A stretch of DNA of 64,000 nucleotides, taken from the IMG/VR virus record IMGVR_UViG_3300027852_000001, positions 1 through 64,000 of that record; one strand, written 5' to 3'. The position numbers were made by a program, and so were the translations under genes. Below the pieces are notes generated by a model. The model did no database searches and was not told the origin of the DNA. It worked only from the letters and a program-made list of their open reading frames with translations. Shown here in pieces: positions 19,106 through 28,734 of the stretch (within the stretch, counting starts at the first letter, position 1; each line of letters opens with the position of its first letter). The DNA comes from a virus.

Positions 19106-19555
19106 TTAAGAAACAAATTCGTCTATACCATCAAGTGCTCCTTTTAACACTGACGAAATTATTTCCATAATAAGTTCCTGGTCTGTTGTTAGATTTAGAT
19201 TAGCCTTTGTTACGAATCTTTCTAGTACGTCTATGACAGCAAGTCCATAGACCTTGTGGTTTTCTTGGAAATTTCTTTGAACAAATAACTTTGCTCCATC
19301 AAAATTTGGTTCTCCGGGCACTTCTAATAAATCTTTCAGTGCTACTAAACTTACTTTCAGACTTAATATTTCATTCTCTGGCATATCTCTTTCTGACAAA
19401 AGTAACTTTGTGGCTATCTTGGAAAATAAATAAGAGTTTTCTTTTATTTCTTCTACATTTTGCTGCCATGGATTTTGCGGAGTAAATAATGAACATCCAG
19501 AAATAGAAAATACCATCATTGCGAGTAGTGATACAAGAATACAGTTTCTTTTCAT
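19106..19555 (-). CDS. lipoprotein
   Basis: Start at MKRNCILVSLLAMMVFSISGC (lipobox ISGC). 149 aa. Confidence 0.6.
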   Translation of the reverse strand: MKRNCILVSLLAMMVFSISGCSLFTPQNPWQQNVEEIKENSYLFSKIATKLLLSERDMPENEILSLKVSLVALKDLLEVPGEPNFDGAKLFVQRNFQENHKVYGLAVIDVLERFVTKANLNLTTDQELIMEIISSVLKGALDGIDEFVS

Positions 19556-19612
19556 TTTTGTTTCCTTTCGTACAATTATAAAATTAATCAGTAACATACT
19601 TATACACATATG

Positions 19613-19936
19613 TTATTTTTGAGATCTCCTCTTTTCAAACTTTTCTCGTCTTCTGTTTTTATTATCTTGATTTTCATCTACTTCTTTTTGTTTTCCAAAT
19701 CTCCATGTTTTTTTAGGTTTTCTAAATAGACTATCATCTTTTTCGTCTATTCGATAACATTCGGAACAACATACTTCACCATTTTTTGTGTGCGTTTCCC
19801 TACAAACACCTTCACATTTTCTTTCGTGTCCACATGCACACAAATCTATACCACTTAATCTATGTTTATTTGGTTTATTTCTTTTTGTTTTTCTTGTATC
19901 CATATCATTATCTTCTTCGTACATCTTAGTCTCCAA
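19613..19936 (-). CDS. hypothetical basic Cys-rich protein
   Basis: 107 aa with CACGHERKCEGVC...CCSEC and Lys/Arg-rich termini. Confidence 0.5.
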   Translation of the reverse strand: METKMYEEDNDMDTRKTKRNKPNKHRLSGIDLCACGHERKCEGVCRETHTKNGEVCCSECYRIDEKDDSLFRKPKKTWRFGKQKEVDENQDNKNRRREKFEKRRSQK

Positions 19937-20536
19937 TTAAATATTACCGACCCTCTTCATCTTATCAATTGCTCGTTTCTTTAACCTAAAAACTGTAGAA
20001 TCAAACATACCACAATCTTTTGCTGTTTCTCTAATAGTTTTTCCACCGAAAAAAATTTGTCTTATTACAATTCGTTCGTCGTCTAGTAATGTCTTCATTA
20101 AGTCTTCGACTAGTATTTTATTGTCAGCAACATTGTCATTTTCTCCAGTTTCTATTGTCTTTAATGCTTCTGGAGATATATTGCTTGCTTTTGTGTATTT
20201 AATTTCATGATTTTTTGCATGTTTTAATGCCCATCTTATTCTATTGTATAAAAATGTCATAAATGAACTTGTGGCTTTTCTTTTAGTTGTTCCATTTTCT
20301 AGTACATAAAATGATCCAGTATTGTTATAACAAATTAAACATTTTAGAAGTTCTAGCGTTGCTAAATTTATAAATTCCTCTTGTTGAGAATTGCATCCTG
20401 TTTGAAATACTAACTTATTTATTAGAGGTTGGTATTTTCTACAAGCAAAATCAAAATAGGATTTTGTTATCCTCCTCTGTTTTACCATCATGCTTGTTTT
20501 CCTTTGTTTATGTCTTTTTCCATTTTCGGAGTCCAA
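19937..20536 (-). CDS. sigma-70-family (ECF-like) RNA polymerase sigma factor
   Basis: C-terminal region-4 HTH TIRETAKDCGMFDSTVFRLKKRAIDKMK, with a region-2-like segment upstream. 199-aa ORF; the true start may be MMVKQ. Confidence 0.6.
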   Translation of the reverse strand: MDSENGKRHKQRKTSMMVKQRRITKSYFDFACRKYQPLINKLVFQTGCNSQQEEFINLATLELLKCLICYNNTGSFYVLENGTTKRKATSSFMTFLYNRIRWALKHAKNHEIKYTKASNISPEALKTIETGENDNVADNKILVEDLMKTLLDDERIVIRQIFFGGKTIRETAKDCGMFDSTVFRLKKRAIDKMKRVGNI

Positions 20537-21138
20537 ATTCCATCCACTATACCAACATCAATAGCTTCTTGTGGTGTCATCCATTTTGTTTTACTCATTA
20601 GTTCTTTTAACTTACTAACACTAAGTTTTGTTCTACGAGACAAATCTGTTACTTTCTGTTTATAGTCAGCCTCAACATACCTTAACATTTCAGCATGTCT
20701 TTCTATTGAATCAATTGGATGTTGTAGTATAACAGAATGCAGCATCATGGATGAATTTTTTGTTATAAATCTTTTGTTTTTAGTTCCATACGCAGCTATC
20801 ATAGCTCCCATTGAATTAGCCTGTCCTCTGACTATGGTAACAATAGGACATGGAGTTGCTAGCATCTGATCTATTATTGCATATCCAGAAGACAAACACC
20901 CTCCAGGACTATTTATATACATATATATTGGTTTATCTACCAGAGAAAATACCTGAAGATAACTACAAATATGAGCAGAAACAGATTCAGTTATTTCTCC
21001 TGTTAGTAAAAGCCTTCTAGTTCTAACTAAAATTTCTTCTGCCAATTCTGTAACATTAACTTGCTCATTTTCATATTCACATTCATCTTCTGACATTGCT
21101 TTAATTTGTTTGTGAAATCTATTCATTTCTATCTCCAA
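20488..21138 (-). CDS. clpP: ClpP-family serine protease
   Basis: LLLTGEI, PIYMYINSPGG, GQANSMGAMI (Ser), MLHSV (His position). Confidence 0.75.
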   Translation of the reverse strand: MEIEMNRFHKQIKAMSEDECEYENEQVNVTELAEEILVRTRRLLLTGEITESVSAHICSYLQVFSLVDKPIYMYINSPGGCLSSGYAIIDQMLATPCPIVTIVRGQANSMGAMIAAYGTKNKRFITKNSSMMLHSVILQHPIDSIERHAEMLRYVEADYKQKVTDLSRRTKLSVSKLKELMSKTKWMTPQEAIDVGIVDGIWTPKMEKDINKGKQA

Positions 21139-22006
21139 AAGGATGATATAACTTATGAGTATTTTTCAGACTAGTTTCGTCAACAGCAAGATATCGTTGT
21201 GTTGCAGATACGTCTCTGTGACCCAATAAAATTTTAACTATATCTAATTCAACTCCTTTTTTCAACAGATTTGTAGCAAAACTTCTTCTAAGAGTGTGAG
21301 GTGTTGTATGTTTAATCCCAGAAACAACAGACAAAGAACGGAGCATATCACCAACTGCTCTTCTAGACATCCTTTTATTTCCACACGTAGTAAAAATAGC
21401 ATTTTCTTCATTTGTACCTTTTGACTCTATATATAATTTTAAAGAATCTACACATCTATGTGTAGTAGGTACGATTCTGTCTACACAACCCTTGCCTCTT
21501 ACAAAAAATTCTCTCTTAGAACAATTTATATCACATAAATTTAAACCACACAACTCAGAAACTCTTAATCCACTATAATATAAAATTAATAAAATAGTGC
21601 CATCGCGGAGAATGTTATCTGTTCTCCTCCTCTGTTCCAAACTTCTAATAAGAGTATCAAAATTTTCGTCATCCAATACTTTAACATCTATTGTCTCCGT
21701 ACTAACTGGGTTAATTAGTTTAACTATATTGCCATCTATTAGATCAAGACTAATTAAATGATGACACAAACACATTATTGACGCTTTTTTTCTTTTAATC
21801 GTGGATGGTTTTAATATTTTGTCTTCCAAAGAAGAGAGAAATGCTTCTATTAGACTAATATCAATTTGTCTATTCTGTAAAAATAATACAAACTCTTCTA
21901 CATCTCTAAGATATGCACTGATTGTAGATGTAGACAAACCAAGTTCTGTTGTAATATATGTCACAAACTTATCCAATTGATATAATTCTGACGAACTACT
22001 ATTCAT
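21119..22006 (-). CDS. tyrosine recombinase (XerC/D-like integrase)
   Basis: SGLRVSEL, HTLRRSFATNLL, LLGHRDVSATQRYL catalytic motifs. 295 aa. Confidence 0.85.
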   Translation of the reverse strand: MNSSSSELYQLDKFVTYITTELGLSTSTISAYLRDVEEFVLFLQNRQIDISLIEAFLSSLEDKILKPSTIKRKKASIMCLCHHLISLDLIDGNIVKLINPVSTETIDVKVLDDENFDTLIRSLEQRRRTDNILRDGTILLILYYSGLRVSELCGLNLCDINCSKREFFVRGKGCVDRIVPTTHRCVDSLKLYIESKGTNEENAIFTTCGNKRMSRRAVGDMLRSLSVVSGIKHTTPHTLRRSFATNLLKKGVELDIVKILLGHRDVSATQRYLAVDETSLKNTHKLYHPFGDRNE

Positions 22007-22050
22007 ATTATACGTCTCAAAATAATTCTTGTTTTATTTTTATTAAATTT

Positions 22051-22875
22051 TTATACTCGACGATAATCTGATTCTACACCATCTGTCCCGTCGTCCAATT
22101 TCAGCAATTTAATCCCATGCATAAATAGGGGTGCCTTGTTGTTCATTATATTATAAATTCTTACGGCAAGTTTTCTTATTTCAAGATCTGCTGCTGGATT
22201 TGCTCTTAATTCTATAAAGTGGCGAATAGCTCTTGCATTCATAGTGACAACAAGCCTTGTCTCTGTTGCATTTGGTAAAACAGACCTAGCAGCTTGACGA
22301 GCCTTCTTTCTCTTTTCTGTCTTGCTCTCTACGTCATCATACATTTCGAATAATTTATCTGTAAGTGCTTTATAAGTATCTAGAGATTCTACACAACTAC
22401 TCTTCCACAACTCATAAGCTTCTGGTTCACTATCTTTTAGCTCTTGTATTGCTGGTGGTACTATAAAATTAACATCAGAAGAATCAACATATCTTTGACT
22501 TAGTTGGGAGAAAGAAGCAAGCCTGTGTCTGACTAATTCGTGAGTAAGACTTCTAGATACACCCCATATTGCGAAATTGAATGAAGCATGTTCTATACAA
22601 GCACCATGTCCAACTTCTATCAAATGCTTGATATGTTCTTCGTGTGTTCTTCCAGTCTTTTTTCCATCCTTCTTTGGCCACGACTGATAACACATTCTTC
22701 CAGCAAATTCTGTTATCCAAGAACTATCATCGTCACCTAAACTCATCATCGAATCAAGGTTTGCATCCATTTCTTCCCAAACATACTCGTGTTCATCTAG
22801 AAATCCTGCAATTCCATCTATTTCCATAATTGGCTTTCCAATCAATGCGACGCTTGGTTCTGTAATAAATCCCAT
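22051..22875 (-). CDS. thyX: flavin-dependent thymidylate synthase
   Basis: ThyX signature RHRLASFSQLSQR (RHRxxSxxxxSxR). 274 aa. Confidence 0.9.
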   Translation of the reverse strand: MGFITEPSVALIGKPIMEIDGIAGFLDEHEYVWEEMDANLDSMMSLGDDDSSWITEFAGRMCYQSWPKKDGKKTGRTHEEHIKHLIEVGHGACIEHASFNFAIWGVSRSLTHELVRHRLASFSQLSQRYVDSSDVNFIVPPAIQELKDSEPEAYELWKSSCVESLDTYKALTDKLFEMYDDVESKTEKRKKARQAARSVLPNATETRLVVTMNARAIRHFIELRANPAADLEIRKLAVRIYNIMNNKAPLFMHGIKLLKLDDGTDGVESDYRRV

Positions 22876-22879
22876 TTTA

Positions 22880-24331
22880 TTAGTTCCTTATATTATACGA
22901 TAACTTTACACCACTAAACTCTTTCGGAGAGATAATAGCTAATTGGTCAACAACCCTTTGTCTTAAATCAATTGCTATATCCATAACTTTTACTAACTCT
23001 TCGGACTTAATTGTATCAGATGTTCTATGAGGAAATATAAGTTTTATCAAACCTGAACCTATTCTAATAAGAGACATCTGATTTCTACGAGTCATATCTC
23101 CAAACTCAACATTATTAGATATTACATTAGCATAACTCCTGTTTCTCATTCTATGCATTATTTCACTAAAATAATCCGCCATAAAACCATGGCTTTGCGC
23201 TAATTTTGATTCACTAATTTGAGGAACTCTCCATCCGGGGATAAACCCATTTATACGATCCAAAAAAGCTCTGTCAGTATTAATTATTTGTGGCAGTGGA
23301 GAAAATAACATTCTATATCTAGATGAAACAGTTTTGTTTGTTCTGTCACAATCTATATTTCCCGCAAACATTATTGAGCATCCAGAAGAAAACTCTGCAG
23401 TACCTCTACCGAATTGTCCACTGTTCATAAAATCTTTTAATATATCAACTAAATCATCCTGTCCAGACCATTTATTTCCACCTCTGTGAGATGCAAATTC
23501 ATCAAACATAACAACATCACGATACCCAATTAGACCCAATTGTCTTTTCAATTTATTATAAAACAATGAAGCAACTGTTGTTTGTCCACCAGATGCGACG
23601 AATCCATAAGAACTCAAAGATTGATATGCGAATGTTTTTCCAGTTTCTGGTGGGCCTAGTTCTACCATATTAACATTTGATTCAATAAATGGAATTAATC
23701 TGACAATATACATCATTTTTTCTTCTGCAGAAAAATATTCAGGATCAAAACCAATACTAGTAATTATTATATCCAACCATTCATCATCTGTGAATTTTTC
23801 TCTTCTTTCTATCCATGAATTAATATCTATATTCGTTATTTGCATTGGTTTGAATTTAGTTATTAAGAATGGATATAATTTATTTCTCATCTTAAAAGAA
23901 TCATCATAGACTATGGTAAATACCCCCCACGCACCCGTTGTTAGGATTGTCTCTCCGTATTCTTCTATTATGTCCTTGTCTATTCTTATATATTGATTAC
24001 CCAAAGCAGACACGTCAACCCAATATTCATCTTTGGATTCATCGAATCGACACATAATCCTGCCTATAAGAGTATATTGACCATTTTCCCTAATTTTACT
24101 CTTAATTAATTCTTTCTGGTCTGACTCCATAAAGTGATTCTCTAATAATTCACTTATTTTTCTAATACCAATTTGAGGATCTTCTGGATTGACCATTTCC
24201 GAAATAAGATAATCAACAACAAAAGAAGGAAGTTTCTTAAAATTATCTCCTAAATTTACTAATCCTTTATCTACTACAATTCCTTTTTCTGGAAAAATAG
24301 AACAAATTTTATCAGCAGCTGTAACACTCAT
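22880..24331 (-). CDS. BrxL-type (Lon-related) AAA ATPase domain protein without a Lon protease domain (TIGR02688-like)
   Basis: VELGPPETGKTFAYQSLSSYGFVASGGQTTVASLFYN...VVMFDEFA matches my recollection of the BrxL_ATPase core (ELGPRGTGKS...GGQ.TVA.LF.N...FDE). 483 aa versus about 680 for BrxL. Confidence 0.5.
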   Translation of the reverse strand: MSVTAADKICSIFPEKGIVVDKGLVNLGDNFKKLPSFVVDYLISEMVNPEDPQIGIRKISELLENHFMESDQKELIKSKIRENGQYTLIGRIMCRFDESKDEYWVDVSALGNQYIRIDKDIIEEYGETILTTGAWGVFTIVYDDSFKMRNKLYPFLITKFKPMQITNIDINSWIERREKFTDDEWLDIIITSIGFDPEYFSAEEKMMYIVRLIPFIESNVNMVELGPPETGKTFAYQSLSSYGFVASGGQTTVASLFYNKLKRQLGLIGYRDVVMFDEFASHRGGNKWSGQDDLVDILKDFMNSGQFGRGTAEFSSGCSIMFAGNIDCDRTNKTVSSRYRMLFSPLPQIINTDRAFLDRINGFIPGWRVPQISESKLAQSHGFMADYFSEIMHRMRNRSYANVISNNVEFGDMTRRNQMSLIRIGSGLIKLIFPHRTSDTIKSEELVKVMDIAIDLRQRVVDQLAIISPKEFSGVKLSYNIRN

Positions 24332-24405
24332 GTAATATTAATCCTTAACATACATACAGTATACTCTTGGCTCGCATTAGCCGCCACAATTTCGTTTAAG
24401 ACGTT

Positions 24406-24639
24406 CTAAGAGAACAAAGACAGCGCATCTGATCTCTTTACCATATCCTTATCAGATAGTTCATCAGAAACGTTCTCTGTACGTTCTTGACACCTGTCGT
24501 GCATTGGTTCCCTATCAGACATGTAGTATTCCAAATCGTCATCTGTTGGTCCGTTATAGACAGCTGTCACTAAAAACTTTACCAGTTCTCCTTTTTTTAT
24601 ATCCATTCCACATATACAACATTTCATTTTATTGGACAC
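24406..24639 (-). CDS. hypothetical small protein
   Basis: 77-aa ORF and first gene after the 307-bp AT-rich intergenic region. Has CCICG near the N-terminus. Confidence 0.5.
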   Translation of the reverse strand: MSNKMKCCICGMDIKKGELVKFLVTAVYNGPTDDDLEYYMSDREPMHDRCQERTENVSDELSDKDMVKRSDALSLFS

Positions 24640-24946
24640 TCCAGGATATCTTGTACTGGTTTTTTTGTTTTAGCTTATATCAATTTCTTACTAATTAAAC
24701 AAGATAAGTTGGTAGATATATGCCAGACAGAAAATACTATGTTTTTGTACTAAGATTTTAATAGTTACCAACAACAACTTATCAGTCATCCAAAGCTATC
24801 CAATTTGATTGGATAACTCTTCTAGTTCTTAAAACATCTAAGCTTCTATAAATAGAAGAGTGCAAAAACAACAAAGCGCTCCAAAAAAATATTATAAATT
24901 TTCAAAAAACTAATATTTCATTTTTCTTCTTTATCTGTTAAAGTAA

Positions 24947-25474
24947 TTATTTACTACTATTAAGTTCCATTGATAAAATTGCATCTCTATTTTTGTTACT
25001 ATCTTCGTTGGACATATCATCTATTATGAGTTTTCCGTCAAGATGGTCTATTTCGTGTTGCCATATTGGAGTAAATTTTGCATTTCCAATAAAGCTTAGT
25101 GGTCTTCCGTTTATTCCAACTCCTTCTAAGACAGAAGACACATGTCTGTTTTTATTAACTACGATTCCAGGCAAAGAAAGACATCCTTCTGTTGAAATAA
25201 TATTTCCACTCAAATTAATAAGTTTTGGATTCCATATTGACTGTATATATTTACCATGCATCCAGATAAACATTCTAGCTTTAAAACCTATTTGAGGAGC
25301 AGCTAATCCGACCCCTCCATTTTCTAACATAATCTTTTGCATATGCTCAACAACAGCCTGTTTATAGCTTTTTGGTTTATTTCTTTTCCAGTCATTTGAG
25401 CAGCTAGATATTGGAACTTGTCTTTCTTCTATTACAGTCTTCAATATTGGGTCTGGATATAAAACTAATTTCAT
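24947..25474 (-). CDS. def: peptide deformylase
   Basis: All three motifs are present: GVGLAAPQIG, EGCLSLPG, QHEIDHLDG. Confidence 0.9.
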   Translation of the reverse strand: MKLVLYPDPILKTVIEERQVPISSCSNDWKRNKPKSYKQAVVEHMQKIMLENGGVGLAAPQIGFKARMFIWMHGKYIQSIWNPKLINLSGNIISTEGCLSLPGIVVNKNRHVSSVLEGVGINGRPLSFIGNAKFTPIWQHEIDHLDGKLIIDDMSNEDSNKNRDAILSMELNSSK

Positions 25475-25722
25475 AACTTACAATCCTGGATAGAAAAATA
25501 CAAAGCAATACTCTCTTCAAAACTACCAGGTTCTGCGTCTCCGTAAAGTTTTAACCATTTCACAAAATGCTCGTCTGTCCCATTACCATCTTTTCTGTCT
25601 GGCAATTCCGGATGTACGACTTCCGTCTGTGGTCTGTAGTTATCAGGTATATCTCCAGTACACACTTCAACTATAAATGCTTTACTTCTACTTTTTGCTA
25701 CTATTAGTGGTCGTCTGATCAT
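25471..25722 (-). CDS. hypothetical protein
   Basis: 83-aa ORF with a 4-nt overlap with def. Confidence 0.5.
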   Translation of the reverse strand: MIRRPLIVAKSRSKAFIVEVCTGDIPDNYRPQTEVVHPELPDRKDGNGTDEHFVKWLKLYGDAEPGSFEESIALYFSIQDCKL

Positions 25723-25879
25723 TTGATATTTCTCTTTCGTTTTTTAATTCTGTGACTAATACTCCGGTTATTCTTTTTGCAGCACTTCCAATTAGTGACT
25801 TACTTATTGGACCGTGGTATTTTATTGCTTCTCTTAGACCGTTGACTACTATTTTACTTATTTGTTGTCTTGTTCGCAT
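25688..25879 (-). CDS. hypothetical protein
   Basis: 63-aa minus-strand ORF. Confidence 0.4.
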   Translation of the reverse strand: MRTRQQISKIVVNGLREAIKYHGPISKSLIGSAAKRITGVLVTELKNEREISNDQTTTNSSKK

Positions 25880-25906
25880 TTAATATCCTATATTTAAATT
25901 TATATT

Positions 25907-27790
25907 TTATTCAACTAACTGGAAATCTCTACTTGAACATAGTTTTTGGAAAATTAAGATTAATTCTTGACTATATTCAGAAGTATCCCCAGATGCGTGT
26001 AGGTGTTTTCCATTACCTAAGTCAGCTATTTGATTCATAAGATTTACGTCAGCAGAACTACCAACACTAACTGCAAATACTTTAATACCCATGTTTGCAG
26101 CTATCTCTGTCTGAGCTATAGCATAGTCTGCTGCTTCTTGTTCATTGTATTGACCGTGTTCATTAGTATTTGCTATTCCGTCAGTTAATAAAATTATTAC
26201 TTTACGAGAAGATTTTCTAGCTCTTTCGCTAGACAATTCTTCTATAGCTTTTTGTAGTCCTCCACCAACATTAGTCCAGGTATCATAATGCCCTGCTTGC
26301 ATTTCTGACAATCTATTGCTTATATCTGCATAATTTTTTGTTAAATCTACTTCGTGATGTGCTGTTCTACCATAGACTTCCAAAGATAGCAGGTCTTCTG
26401 TATCCATAGAGGAGACGAAGTTCACCATAAAGTTTACGGAATTTTTTACAGCTTGCATTGGTTGTGTTGGTGTTTCGGATAATTCTGGTGTTTTGTTATT
26501 CTGTGGTCTTCTATCCATTAAATAATTGACGAATGTTTTTATTCCGTATCTGTATCTAAAACTACTGTTCGCGTTATACATAGTAGTAGAACTGCTTGCT
26601 GTGTAGTTTTGTATATAATCAAGCCAGATGGATTCCGATGATTCTGTTGATGCTCCTAATATTGGTTCTACCCATTCTAATTCATTACTGCCTATCCATC
26701 CATTTGCATTACCTTGACTAGTTGATTCTATTTGGTGTGTTTCCCACAATCCACCCTGTTGTCCACTATTCCAACGTGCCAATCCTAGTGCTAAAGCAAC
26801 CCTATATTTATATACTCCATTTGAATCAAATTCGCTACTCATTATATCAGATACTTCATTTTGACTATATCCGATATTTATTAAGTATGCCTCTATTGAT
26901 GTGTCTGTCCAGTTTTGATTATATGCTAGACGTACAAATCCTTCGTCTGATTCTGGTGAGTAATCATTTCCACTATGCAGTCCTTCTGTTTCCCAATCTA
27001 GTGTTCCGTATCCAAGCTGTTTCATGTACCCCCATCCTGGACCACTTGCTTGAGGTATGTCTCCATTATTGTCAATCCATTCTGCTGGTATTTCGTTGTC
27101 CCAGGTAGATTCGTTGTCTTCTATTCCACCAGGAAGATTATCCCAGACATCGTATAGATTAGTTTGTGTTTTTTTGTAGTTTCTAAGTTCGCTATCATCA
27201 GTATGTGATGCTGATAGGTCTGCTACTAAAGATATATCTCTAGGGACTAAAACAGCAGTGGCTGATGCTGTAACATTTGTTGATTTAAGTCCGAAAAGAT
27301 TTGCAAATATTAAGTAGACAGGTCCATTTTGGTGGTTATTCGTTTTCTTAGCAGTAACCCTAATTGCATCTGGACTTGATGTTGCTGGTTTAAATAGATA
27401 GCATGGATAGTTTTCTACTTCAGATGTATCAAACCCGTGAGAACTAGCCTCCTCGTCATTTGTTACATAGTACGCATTTAAGAATTCAAAGTCAGAATCA
27501 CATAAGTAAAATTCACCAATCTTATGGCCAAGTACTCTATTCTTGTTCGTTACCGACCTTGCAGCGTCTTTTGCTAATGTTTTTATTTCATCAATATCTC
27601 CTTCATGAGATAATTGACTAGCTCCAGCCAGAGATGCTGCATCTGCAACAATTTGTAAATCTCCCTTGGTGTTATATAAAACTCCGCTGTCTATGGCGAA
27701 TACTGCAAAGCCTAGTATAACAAAAAGAAGGACTACAACTCCAACTAAGACAACTCCTGTTTTTCTGTTGTGTCTCATGTTATTCTCCAA
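25907..27790 (-). CDS. TadG-like membrane-anchored von Willebrand factor A (vWA) protein
   Basis: N-terminal TadE/G-like segment GVVLVGVVVLLFVILGFAVFAIDSGVLY...ADAASLAGA. MIDAS-like VADLSASHTD (DxSxS) and VIILLTDGIAN. Confidence 0.65.
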   Translation of the reverse strand: MENNMRHNRKTGVVLVGVVVLLFVILGFAVFAIDSGVLYNTKGDLQIVADAASLAGASQLSHEGDIDEIKTLAKDAARSVTNKNRVLGHKIGEFYLCDSDFEFLNAYYVTNDEEASSHGFDTSEVENYPCYLFKPATSSPDAIRVTAKKTNNHQNGPVYLIFANLFGLKSTNVTASATAVLVPRDISLVADLSASHTDDSELRNYKKTQTNLYDVWDNLPGGIEDNESTWDNEIPAEWIDNNGDIPQASGPGWGYMKQLGYGTLDWETEGLHSGNDYSPESDEGFVRLAYNQNWTDTSIEAYLINIGYSQNEVSDIMSSEFDSNGVYKYRVALALGLARWNSGQQGGLWETHQIESTSQGNANGWIGSNELEWVEPILGASTESSESIWLDYIQNYTASSSTTMYNANSSFRYRYGIKTFVNYLMDRRPQNNKTPELSETPTQPMQAVKNSVNFMVNFVSSMDTEDLLSLEVYGRTAHHEVDLTKNYADISNRLSEMQAGHYDTWTNVGGGLQKAIEELSSERARKSSRKVIILLTDGIANTNEHGQYNEQEAADYAIAQTEIAANMGIKVFAVSVGSSADVNLMNQIADLGNGKHLHASGDTSEYSQELILIFQKLCSSRDFQLVE

Positions 27791-27795
27791 AATAT

Positions 27796-27999
27796 TTATA
27801 ACTTAAATGTTTTACCTATAGACGGACATCTTTCTACTTCTTCTATAATAATAGCTCTAAGTCTAGCTTCTAGTTTTTCGATAGCGTCTTTTGAAACTCT
27901 ATCAATTGGCATTCCAGGTCTCATAGAAGCAAATTTTGCTAAAATAAATTTTTTTGTTGCTGACACATTTAATATTGTTGACATATGGGTTCCTAACAA
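27796..27999 (-). CDS. hypothetical small protein
   Basis: 67-aa ORF. The start may be MSTILN. A weak histone-fold/DUF1931-like impression is not supportable by eye. Confidence 0.45.
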   Translation of the reverse strand: MLGTHMSTILNVSATKKFILAKFASMRPGMPIDRVSKDAIEKLEARLRAIIIEEVERCPSIGKTFKL

Positions 28000-28045
28000 A
28001 GTGCTATAAAAATTAAAATTGCATAAACGATTTTCTTGAATGTAC

Positions 28046-28483
28046 TCATGATGTTCTCTGCCTATTGACCCTTTTAGTTATTCTGTTAACTCCTTCATCG
28101 TTTGTATTTTTTTCAGGATATGCGAAATATTTATAAACAAGACGTCCTTCCACAAAGATACCGTAGTAATGGTGATCGATTATCTTTACGGTGAATTCAG
28201 GTATACCTTCGTTGAAAAATTCCGCCACAAACGCATCGTGTTGTTCGGTGTCATTATCGTGATCGTAGAGTAACTCAAGATAGTAGCCTTCTTTAGTTTG
28301 GAGTTCTGGACAACTGAGGCCGTTTCCATTAACGACTATTTCGCCAGTACAAGGTTCACCCCAACCTTCTTCCAGGTGTTCTTGGTGCCATTCTGCCAGC
28401 CCTTTAGTGTCAAAAAATATTGCTCCAGCAGATCCGTCACCAAAGCTTTCTAGTGAGTAATAAAGAGTTAATTGATTATCCAT
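28046..28483 (-). CDS. hypothetical acidic protein
   Basis: 145-aa minus-strand ORF. Confidence 0.5.
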   Translation of the reverse strand: MDNQLTLYYSLESFGDGSAGAIFFDTKGLAEWHQEHLEEGWGEPCTGEIVVNGNGLSCPELQTKEGYYLELLYDHDNDTEQHDAFVAEFFNEGIPEFTVKIIDHHYYGIFVEGRLVYKYFAYPEKNTNDEGVNRITKRVNRQRTS

Positions 28484-28484
28484 A

Positions 28485-28727
28485 TTATATTTTATCCTTT
28501 TTATTAAAAATTAATACGAAACCACGTTTTTTCCATTCATCAATATATTTTTGTAGTTTATCTGAATAATCACCACTGATATCACCACAGATAATGTTAT
28601 ATTCAGCAACTTCAAGTCTTAATAGGTCCAGATCTTCTGGGTCAACATCATCAATCCTGTCTATTGACCAAAAATTCATCAACTTATTATCGAAAGTTGG
28701 TTGTCTATATAAATAAATAGTACACAT
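28485..28727 (-). CDS. hypothetical protein
   Basis: 80-aa minus-strand ORF. Confidence 0.5.
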   Translation of the reverse strand: MCTIYLYRQPTFDNKLMNFWSIDRIDDVDPEDLDLLRLEVAEYNIICGDISGDYSDKLQKYIDEWKKRGFVLIFNKKDKI

Positions 28728-28734
28728 TATGTTT

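Noticed and set aside
27796-27999. Histone-fold (DUF1931-like) assignment for the 67-aa protein.
   Set aside because: It rests only on a vague helix pattern (IDRVSKDAIEKLEARLRAIIIEEVERC) with no diagnostic motif, which is too weak to report as a call.
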